Translations under genes and position numbers: made by a program
The notes under the pieces: generated by a model
Seen by the model: only the letters and a program-made list of their open reading frames with translations
The model's database searches: none
What the model was told of the DNA's origin: nothing
Shown: positions 9,631-17,856 of the stretch, in pieces
Numbering within the stretch: the stretch's first letter is position 1
Layout of the letters: each line of letters opens with the position of its first letter
Assembly (NCBI GenBank): GCA_964291395.2
Contig: OZ219856.1
Location: 448,001 to 512,000 of the forward strand
Source of the DNA: Alphaproteobacteria bacterium
GTDB lineage: Bacteria > Pseudomonadota > Alphaproteobacteria > UBA2966
Length of the DNA: 64,000 nt
Direction of reading: 5' to 3'

Positions 9631-11619
9631 ATGGGTGAGCCCCGGACGCCTGTCTTCATGTCCGCCAAGGAGGTCCTTGGCTATGACCTTCCCCGGTATC
9701 CCTATCGCATGCCGGAGGAGCAGCGGACGGGACGTGCCGCGCGACATCCCGTGATCGTTGTCGGCGCGGGCCTCGTTGGTTTGACGGCCGCGGTCGATCT
9801 CTCGGTTCGCGGCATCCCCGTCGTCCTCCTCGACGACTCCGACACGGTGGGAGCGCGCGGGCTCTCGTCACGGGGCGTGAACTTCGCCCGGCGCTCGCTC
9901 GAGATCTGGGACCGACTCGGGATGGGGGACCGGGTGGTGGAGAAAGGTGTCGTCTGGAACGTGCACCGCACCTACCTGGGGCCCGACACCATCTACGCCT
10001 ACGAGATGAACCCCGATCCGGATCAGAAGCATCCCGCGATTCTGGCGTTGCAGCAGTATCACGTGGAGCAGTACCTGATTGACCGGCTGAGGGAGCTCGG
10101 CATGGCCGACCTGCGCTGGCGGAACGAAGTCGTGTCCGTAAACGTGAAACCGGACCATGCCTCGGTCGAGGTTCGCACTCCGGACGGGCTGTACGGCATC
10201 GAGGCCGAATATCTGCTCGCCTGCGACGGTGCTCACAGCGCGGTCCGGAAATCGCTGGGCCTGGACTCGGCGGAAATGGCGTTCGATCGCTGGTTCATTT
10301 CAGACGTCAAAATCGAAACGGAGATCGCCCGCGAACGGCATCTGTGGATCGATCCGCCGTTCCATGAGGGGCGGTGCGCACTTCTCATCGAGATGGCGGA
10401 CGGCGTTTGGCGGACCGACATGCAACTCGGCGAAGACGCCGATATGGCCGACGCGGTAACCCCGGAACGTGCGATGGAGCGCCTCGACCGCATGTTCGGC
10501 GTCGACACGTCGTACGGGATCGTGTGGGCGGGCGCCTACAGTTTCCAGTTCCGGGTCCTGGACGAATTCCGGCACGGACGGGTCTTTTTCCTGGGCGACG
10601 CCGCGCACGAAAACCCACCCTTCGGCGGCCGTGGCGGAAACGGCGGCATCCAGGACGCGGACAACCTGGTTTGGAAGCTGGATCTCGTACTGAGGGGGCG
10701 GGCTCCGAGCACGTTGCTCGATACCTATCATCGGGAACGACATCCGGCGGCAGTGGAGAACATCGCGCAGACCGCGCGCAGTTGCTGGTTCCTGTCACCG
10801 CAATCCCGGGGAAGGCGCCTCTTGCGGGACGCCGTGCTGTCGTTCGCCAAAACGGATCCCGAGATCCGCCCGCTGGTCAACACGGGGCGCATGTCCGTGC
10901 CGTTCTCCTACGACTCGTCCGACCTGATCACGGCGGATTCCGACGAATGGGAAGGTGGCCCGCCTCCCGGCGCCGCCGTGCCCAACTGCAGGGTCGAGAC
11001 GATGGACGGCTCCTCCGCGCTGGCAGGCCACCTGTTGGACGATTGGGGCGGCGAGTTCGTTTGCCTCTGTTTCGCGGGCGCGGTAGCCGACATGCCGGAG
11101 GATGCGCGGCGGTACCTGCGAGGGAAGCTCCAGGCGGACCTTCCCGTGGAAACCCGGTTGCTGGTGACGGGGGGCGAGGCGGACGCGGAGTTCCGTACGA
11201 TCCGCGATTCCCGGAACGCCGCGTTCCGCGCTTATGCCGCGGAGCCGGGCTGTGTCTATCTGGTCCGCCCCGACGGGCACGCGGCGGCGCGGTGGCGCAC
11301 GTTCGATCCGGAACGGGTGGAAACCGCGATTTCGCGGGCCGCGGGACGGCACGCACCTGCCGGCGCGACCGGACCACGGACCCCGTCGTCCGCCGGAGAC
11401 CTGCGATTGCCCGATCCCGAGCGGCTGGACGAGCGCCTGTTCGAGAGGCTGGTCGATTCGGTGGATGCGGCCGAGCCCGACGCCGTTCCCGTTTTCCTGG
11501 AGCGTCTGGTACTGCACCTGAGCCGGCGTATCGAGGACCCCGACGTCGTCCGCGGCGCGATTTCGGCTTCTCTCCAGGATGTCGCCGCGGACGTCCACGG
11601 GGATTCAAGTCCGGCTTGA
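9631..11619 (+). CDS. FAD-dependent monooxygenase (MhpA/PheA-like) with extra C-terminal helical domain
   Basis: GAGLVG, ACDGAHS, GDAAH..PFGGRGGNGGIQDA.NL.WKL, LVRPDGH; GGAGG RBS. Confidence 0.9.
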   Translation: MGEPRTPVFMSAKEVLGYDLPRYPYRMPEEQRTGRAARHPVIVVGAGLVGLTAAVDLSVRGIPVVLLDDSDTVGARGLSSRGVNFARRSLEIWDRLGMGDRVVEKGVVWNVHRTYLGPDTIYAYEMNPDPDQKHPAILALQQYHVEQYLIDRLRELGMADLRWRNEVVSVNVKPDHASVEVRTPDGLYGIEAEYLLACDGAHSAVRKSLGLDSAEMAFDRWFISDVKIETEIARERHLWIDPPFHEGRCALLIEMADGVWRTDMQLGEDADMADAVTPERAMERLDRMFGVDTSYGIVWAGAYSFQFRVLDEFRHGRVFFLGDAAHENPPFGGRGGNGGIQDADNLVWKLDLVLRGRAPSTLLDTYHRERHPAAVENIAQTARSCWFLSPQSRGRRLLRDAVLSFAKTDPEIRPLVNTGRMSVPFSYDSSDLITADSDEWEGGPPPGAAVPNCRVETMDGSSALAGHLLDDWGGEFVCLCFAGAVADMPEDARRYLRGKLQADLPVETRLLVTGGEADAEFRTIRDSRNAAFRAYAAEPGCVYLVRPDGHAAARWRTFDPERVETAISRAAGRHAPAGATGPRTPSSAGDLRLPDPERLDERLFERLVDSVDAAEPDAVPVFLERLVLHLSRRIEDPDVVRGAISASLQDVAADVHGDSSPA

Positions 11620-12849
11620 ACCCCCGTGCCGATTGCCGGCGCCGGCCGCCGCGCGCGCCGCGCGCGCGGGATCGAAGGCCAGGTCGTCGTCGCCGAAGAG
11701 ATCCGGGGGGTCCGCCTGATCCGCGCCGACCAGATTGCTCGCGCCGATGCCGATGAGGCGGAACCGCTGACCGCCGGAGAGGCGTGCCAGGGGCTGAAGG
11801 GCGGTCTCATACAGGGTTCGTGCGCGCCGGGTGGGCTCGGCTATGGTGCAGCTCCGCGTGAGGTTCCTGAAGCCGGAGGTCTTCAGCTTCAGGACGACCG
11901 TCCCGGCCGCAAAGCCGGAGGACTCGAGACGGCCGGCCACGCTTTCCGCCAGCGGCCACAAGGCCGAGGCGAGCACTTCCAGATCGGAAGTGTCGTGATC
12001 GAACGTGGTCTCGGACGAGATGCTCTTGGTCCGGCGAACGGGCGATACCCTGCGAGCGTCTTCGCCGCGGGCAAACCGCGCCAGCCGGCGGCCGACGGCG
12101 CCGTACCTGTCGAGCAGGACGGGCTCGTCGACGGCCCGCAGGTCGGAAATCGTCTCGACGCCGTCGCCGGCGAGACGCTTTTCGAGCGCCGGACCGACCC
12201 CCGGCAGCAGTCGAACCGGCTTGTCCGACAGGAATTCCTGGGCCTCTCGCCGGCCGATCACCGAGAAGCCGCGGGGCTTGTCCAGGTCGGAGGCGATCTT
12301 GGCGAGGAACTTGTTGTAGCTCAGACCGACCGACGCCGTGATCCGGACGTCTCGCTCGATCTTTCCGACCAGTCTCGCGACGCGCCGGGCGGGCGACGCC
12401 GTGCCGGACGACCTTCCCTCGCCGAGGTCCAGGAAGGCCTCGTCGATCGAGAGGGGCTCGACCAGGGGCGTCACGCCGCGCATGAGTTCACGGACTTGCC
12501 GCCCGACGGCGGAATATTTGGCCCGGTCCGGCGGCAGCACGACGGCTTCCGGGCATCTCTCCAGCGCCTGGAACATGGGCATCGCGGAGCGGATGCCGAA
12601 ACGGCGCGCGACGTAGCACGCCGCCATGACGACGCCCCGATGCCGACCGCCGACGACGACGGGCCGGTCGGTCAGACGGGGATCGTCGCGTTTCTCGATC
12701 GTGGCATAGAAGGCGTCGCAGTCGACGTGAACGATGGAGAGCTCGTTCAGTTCGGGGTGGGCGATCGTTCGTTCGGAACCGCAGGACGGGCACCGAACCG
12801 CTCGACCGGCGTCGAAGACCGAGGTGCAGTCGCGGCACAGTCCAGGCAT
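11605..12849 (-). CDS. dinB: DNA polymerase IV
   Basis: HVDCDAFYA, YVARRFGIRSAMP, SIDEAFLD, AKIASDLDKP; N-terminal CxxC..CxxC. Confidence 0.95.
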   Translation of the reverse strand: MPGLCRDCTSVFDAGRAVRCPSCGSERTIAHPELNELSIVHVDCDAFYATIEKRDDPRLTDRPVVVGGRHRGVVMAACYVARRFGIRSAMPMFQALERCPEAVVLPPDRAKYSAVGRQVRELMRGVTPLVEPLSIDEAFLDLGEGRSSGTASPARRVARLVGKIERDVRITASVGLSYNKFLAKIASDLDKPRGFSVIGRREAQEFLSDKPVRLLPGVGPALEKRLAGDGVETISDLRAVDEPVLLDRYGAVGRRLARFARGEDARRVSPVRRTKSISSETTFDHDTSDLEVLASALWPLAESVAGRLESSGFAAGTVVLKLKTSGFRNLTRSCTIAEPTRRARTLYETALQPLARLSGGQRFRLIGIGASNLVGADQADPPDLFGDDDLAFDPARAARAAAGAGNRHGGSSRT

Positions 12850-13158
12850 GCCCTCAACCGTAGATGGATCTCACCGGCCGCGGTCGCCGCCAGCGCGCCG
12901 TGCAACCCGTTCGCTCGGGAGCGATGGCTGGCCGGATTCCGTACCCGGCCTCACGGCGATCGTGCCTCGTTCGGCGTGAGGATCTCGGTGCGGTGATCCT
13001 CGATCCATGGATCTGTCACGGCCCTCTCGTGTTTCGGGTGCCAGCGTAGCCAGGCACGCGTCGCTTCGCCACGGGTTTGACTCGGACCGTTACAGCATTC
13101 CGCAACGTTTGGGATGGGATTCGACCCGGACAACTCCGGAAATGGCTGCCATCTTTTC

Positions 13159-13187
13159 TTGATTCCGGTGCTGCTCGCAGCTACGTT
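13159..13187 (+). promoter_or_regulatory. Putative sigma70 promoter of the leader-NYN unit
   Basis: TTGATT-N17-TACGTT. Confidence 0.5.
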
Positions 13188-13192
13188 GTCGT

Positions 13193-13253
13193 GGACACCC
13201 CCTGTGGTTTCGACTGCAGGGCGCGAGGCCTCTTCGGGGGCCTCTGCTTTTTT
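13193..13253 (+). ncRNA. Putative structured leader or small RNA with two UUCG hairpins and a U-tract
   Basis: CCCTGTGGT-TTCG-ACTGCAGGG (13200-13221); GAGGCCTC-TTCG-GGGGCCTC (13225-13244); T6 at 13248-13253. Confidence 0.6.
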
Positions 13254-13264
13254 GGCAGGTACCG

Positions 13265-13888
13265 ATGCGCACGGTCGTGTATGTAGACGGGTTCAATCTC
13301 TACTATGGAGCCCTGAAGGATACACGCTGGAAGTGGTTGGACTTGGTAGCACTGTTCGAGGAAGTGCTCCAACCACATCACCAGATCCTCGCGGTGAAGT
13401 ATTTCACGGCCAGGGTTTCGGATACGGCCCGTGACCCAGCCAAGAGCCAACGACAAGATGTTTATCTACGAGCGCTGCGGCATCATCGGCCAGAAGTAGA
13501 GGTGTACTTTGGGCATTTCCTAACCAATAGGACGCGAATGCCGCTCGTGCGGCCGATCGGAGGTCGGCGTACAGTGGAGGTGATCAAGACCGAGGAAAAG
13601 GGTTCGGATGTCAATCTCGCTGTACATCTCCTGAACGACGCTTGGCTGGGCGCCTACGATTGCGCGGTTGTGGTGAGCAACGATGGCGATGTTGCAGAGG
13701 CGATGCGCTTGGTTAGAGAGTACCACAACAAGCGGCTCGGCTTACTGACGCCGGGTACCCGACTATCGTCCAAGCAACTCAGGACAAACGCAGACTTCAC
13801 GCGCCGCATCCGACAGACCGCCCTGCGGCGTTCTCAATTGCCAGATCCGATCCCTGGTACAAACATCCGGAAACCTCGGAGTTGGTAG
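13265..13888 (+). CDS. NYN domain (LabA/DUF88, PIN-like) ribonuclease
   Basis: YVDGFNLYY, EEKGSDVNLA and VSNDGD acidic catalytic motifs; lower GC than neighbours. Confidence 0.9.
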   Translation: MRTVVYVDGFNLYYGALKDTRWKWLDLVALFEEVLQPHHQILAVKYFTARVSDTARDPAKSQRQDVYLRALRHHRPEVEVYFGHFLTNRTRMPLVRPIGGRRTVEVIKTEEKGSDVNLAVHLLNDAWLGAYDCAVVVSNDGDVAEAMRLVREYHNKRLGLLTPGTRLSSKQLRTNADFTRRIRQTALRRSQLPDPIPGTNIRKPRSW

Positions 13889-13895
13889 TGCGTGG

Positions 13896-13976
13896 CGTGG
13901 GCTACAACCTCCAGATCGCGGTGGACACCAAACACAACCCGATCGCCGAGCAGCAGGTTCACAACAAGGTCTCGGC
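13896..13976 (+). pseudogene. IS1182-family transposase fragment
   Basis: VGYNLQIAVDTKHNPIAEQQVHN resembles the GYNxQxAVD motif. Confidence 0.65.
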
Positions 13977-13991
13977 CCGGCCCGGCCACCT

Positions 13992-15239
13992 TCACTGGGG
14001 CATGTGCCAGCGGGGTCGTGACGGGCGCGCCAGACCGCGCGCTTCGAGAATCGTACGCGGCACGAGGGAATGCTCCGCCACTGACTTCAGGCCGGCGTGG
14101 GTTCCTTCCAGGAACCGCCGGTGAAGGGCCAGGAGAACGTGACCCAGCGTGGTCTCTTTCCACAGCCACCGCTGAACGTCCCGGGCCGCCGCTCCCGGCC
14201 GCGCCGTCGCTGCCTCGCAGTACAGGGCCTTGAGATCTTCCACGCAGTGCTTGAAGACCTCTTCGATCGACGATTCCGGGACCGGGTTGTCAGGGTGATC
14301 GTCCAGGAAGCCGCCGATGAAGGCAGCCGCGGATTCGGGATCGAGGCTGCAGGCGCCCACCGTGGTCCGGTTGCGCCGTTCGCGGGAGAGCCCATACCAG
14401 GGCAACAGGGACCGGAGTTCGCGAACCAGAGCCGCGGCGAGGTCATCCTCGGCCACCGGAGGCGGCGCAAGGGTCACCGGACAGGCCCAACCGTCCGCAT
14501 CGATGTCGGCCTGATCCGGCAGGTCCCGGTCGTATTCCGTCAGCAGCGGCCCGTTTGCCGCGTCAAACAGGTCGAGTGCCGCCCGCAGGACACGCCGTTG
14601 AAACGGCGCGTCGCCGGGGAGACCGAAGGGGCGTCCCAACGGGAAGCTGACCCAGAGCGCCCGTGGCGGTGAGATCGCCGCGGTGTGTTCCCGGACCAGG
14701 CTGATCTGCGTCGTCGGAATCCCCGAGCCTTCCAGGTAGTGGGCGAGCGCGCCGACGGCGCGCGTGCAGCTCGGTCACACGGGAACGAGGAGCACGGCGT
14801 TCACACGGTCTTCGCGAAGAAGCGCCGCCACGGTCGCGGCGTTCTCCCGCATCCACGCGGGATGGGTACCGCCGCCCATGAACGAGTAGTGATAGTCGGC
14901 AATCGAGCCGATCAGACGGTCGCGGGCCAGCTCCCGGAGGCGGTCGATGGGAAAGACGGCATTGAGATCTTCCTGGAATCCCGTCCGATCGAAGTTGACC
15001 GATACGTGGCTCATGACGAGGTCGTCACCCGTGCTCGTGCCGGGGATGACTCGATAATCTCCGGCCCCCGGCAGAAAGGGGCGATCGCCGCGCCGATGCA
15101 GTCCGGCCGTCGTGACGATGGCGACGCGCCGTTCCGTGGCCGCCGCCGCCGCCGCCCACGGCCGACCCTCGAAGGAGGGTACGTCGGCGTTCAAGATGTG
15201 CCGGCGATCCCAATCCGCGAGATCGCTGAGTCGTACCAT
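13992..15239 (-). CDS. GrdB/PrdB-like reductase selenoprotein, paralog B (415 aa, Sec at TGA 14775-14777)
   Basis: ORFs 14775-15239 and 13992-14639 are in frame; readthrough gives LVPV-U-PSCTRAVGALAHYLEGSGIPT..PPRALWVSFPLGRPFG; TTAG, FPIDRL and HYSFMG motifs. Confidence 0.9.
14747..14774 (-). promoter_or_regulatory. Bacterial SECIS element of paralog B
   Basis: UGA, 11 nt, then GCGCGCC-GUC-GGCGCGC; loop starts with G. Confidence 0.75.
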
Positions 15240-15243
15240 CGGA

Positions 15244-16473
15244 TCAGTTTAGCGGAGACCAGTGTTGCTGCAGGCGCGGAATCAGATATTGCTTGCCGAT
15301 AAGCTGGAACGTCTCATCCGCGTTTCTCAGCAGAATCTTCTGCAGGTCGAAGAACACGGAGCCCGCCGTCGTCTCGCCAAAGAACCAGGCGTCCAGATCG
15401 CCGCTGGTGGGCGCGCCGGGTTGGGCGAGCATCGCCTCGTAGTAATAAGCCTTGATGTCGTCGCAGGCCCATTTCAGAGCGCGGTCCACGCGGGCGCCGC
15501 CGATGGGGCTTTCCGGAATCTCGCCCGACAGGAAAGAAAGCACGAACGCGGCCGCGTCCGGCATCTCGAGACCGCTCGACCCGACGGTTGATCGTTCCGT
15601 CTTGCGGACGGCCAAGTCATGCCAAGGCGCGAGCCGGGCCATTTCCCTTGATAGCTTGGCATCCATCGACTCGTCGCCGGGGGTAGCCGAGGGGGAGGCG
15701 AGGCCAATCGGGCAGACCCACGGCTCCTCGTCGTCGCCTCGGTCGCGGGCGGCAGGCGCGTCTTCGGAGTAGTCCGCAATTATGGGACCGTCTGTGGATT
15801 CCAGCAGTTTCAACGCCGCTTTGACGACGCGCCGCTGAAAATCGGCGTCGTTCGGGACGCCGAGCGGCCGACCGAGCTCAAACGTCACCCAGAGCGTTCG
15901 GGGCGTGCGGTTCTTCTCGCTGTGTTCCCGAATCAAGCTGATATGCACCGTCGGGATGCCTTCGCGTTCGAGATGCTTTGCCAGCGCGCCCCCGGCGCGC
16001 GTGCAGGCCGGTCACACGGGGGTGAGAAGGACAGCGTCCACGGCGTCCTTCTTGAGAAGTCCCGCGAGCTGGGCCGCGGCCGGCTCCAGGGTGACCGGGT
16101 CGCTGGCGCCCATGAACGAGTAGTGAAAATCCGCGACCGATCCGATGACCCCGTCGTCGGCGAGCTCCCGCAGCCGGTCGATGGGAAAGACCACGTTGAC
16201 GTCCCGCTGGAAACCGCTCCGGTCATAATTGATGGACGCGTGGCTCATGACCAGCCGACTGGCATCCACATCGGCCGGGATCACACGATAGTCGCTCGAT
16301 CCCATGGCGAACCGCGGGTCCTCACGTGCGGTCAGGCCCGCGGTCGTTACGATCGCCACCCGGCGCTCCTTCAGGGGAGGGCCTGCAACGCAGGGCGCGT
16401 CCTCGATTTCCGGGATGGGCATGTTCTCGAGGAAGGTTCGTTCGGGCACGGGGACATCGGCCAGTCGTACCAT
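15244..16473 (-). CDS. GrdB/PrdB-like reductase selenoprotein, paralog A (409 aa, Sec at TGA 16012-16014)
   Basis: ORFs 16012-16551 and 15244-15948 are in frame; readthrough gives LTPV-U-PACTRAGGALAKHLEREGIPT..TPRTLWVTFELGRPLG; start MVRLAD matches paralog MVRLSD. Confidence 0.9.
15984..16011 (-). promoter_or_regulatory. Bacterial SECIS element of paralog A
   Basis: UGA, 11 nt, then GCGCGCC-GGG-GGCGCGC. Confidence 0.72.
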
Positions 16474-16648
16474 GATCGGGCCTTTCGGAGTTTTCGGTGC
16501 CGCCGGAGCACCGTGCGCAAATTCAGGCCGCGTAGTTATGCCCCGAGGCAAGGCATGTCAACCCGGCCGGCCCCCAGCCGGCCCCGGGATGGCCGTCCTC
16601 ATTCCCCGGTCAGGTGCTTGGACAACCCGACGACGCCCAGCTTGCCGC

Positions 16649-17380
16649 TCAGGGCAGCAACGCGTTGCCCAGGCCGCTGCCGCCGTCCACGAACAGCGTC
16701 TGTCCGGTTATGAATTCGGAAGAATCCTGCATCAGGAACCCGACCGCGTTGGCAATATCGGCAGGCTCCGCAAAGCGCCCAACCGCAATGCGATGCAGCT
16801 TGCGCTCTCGCTGCGGGCTTCCGATCGGATTGTTCCTGAGGAAGAATTCGGTGTTCGTCGGGCCCGGTGCAACGGCGTTGACGGTGATGCCGTGACTCGC
16901 CAACTCGAGCGCCCAGGTGCGGGTAAAGCTGATGAGCATGGATTTCGTACCCGAGTACGCCGTGCGCTTCGGGATACCGAGAACCAAATCGCTCGAGATG
17001 TTGACGATTCGCCCGAACTTCTGCCTCTTCATGGCCGGAAGGCACGCCTGGGCACACTGAATGGAGGTTATTACGTTGATCTCCATTACATGGTCGAACA
17101 CCTCGAGCTCGATTTCCTCGAGACTTTGTTCTCCCGTGGTTCCGACATTGTTCAGCAGCCCGTTGAACTCGTAACGCTCGGCCAATTCGGCCAATAATAT
17201 TCGGGTTGCGGTCCTGTCGCTGAAATCGCAGGCGAAGTGATCTCCGGGAAACTCGTCGTCGGGTGCGTCCAAATCCAGATTGACGATGTGATGGCCGGAA
17301 GCGGCGAGTTGCTCGGCGCAGCGTCGTCCGATGCCTCGGCTGGCACCGGTTATGAGAGTTGTTTTTGTCGAGTCCGTCAT
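16649..17380 (-). CDS. SDR family NAD(P)-dependent oxidoreductase
   Basis: TGASRGIG, NNVG, YSGTK, NAVAPG, GQTLFVDGG. Confidence 0.92.
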   Translation of the reverse strand: MTDSTKTTLITGASRGIGRRCAEQLAASGHHIVNLDLDAPDDEFPGDHFACDFSDRTATRILLAELAERYEFNGLLNNVGTTGEQSLEEIELEVFDHVMEINVITSIQCAQACLPAMKRQKFGRIVNISSDLVLGIPKRTAYSGTKSMLISFTRTWALELASHGITVNAVAPGPTNTEFFLRNNPIGSPQRERKLHRIAVGRFAEPADIANAVGFLMQDSSEFITGQTLFVDGGSGLGNALLP

Positions 17381-17856
17381 GGTGCGGCTCCGCGTAGTGG
17401 TAGGTCCAGCAATGGCCACAGAAGCATTGTCAGGCCGGTCTGAGCGTCTGTCCGGCAAGGAATTCCGAGTGGTCGATCCAGAACGTCTGAAGGCGGAGAC
17501 GTCCATTCCGTGCCGACCCGGCAGCCGTGGACATTGGCCTGGATGGGAAATTCTCCATTCAAAACCAGCAATAATCCGGGCGTATCCCCGGGTCCTTCGG
17601 TTCAATCGGCATTGAGGAACAGCCACGCATCGATATCGATTTCCGAAGAAGGAACAACACTCCGGGAATTGGCCGATACTATTCAGAAGTGCATCCAGCT
17701 CGCAATTGCCGGACGCTCGGACCGGTGCCGTCACCCTCACGTTCGACGGAACCGCGCGCCTCGGCGAGATGGATGCGGAGGCTTACCGGGCGCGGGCGCC
17801 GGCATGGTCGACGAACTCGCCGAACTCGAGCGTGACGCGGTTCGCGAGGGCTGCCG

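Noticed and set aside
14775-16014. The two TGA codons as nonsense mutations or sequencing errors
   Set aside because: Same aligned position in two diverged paralogs, inside UxxC, each followed by the same hairpin
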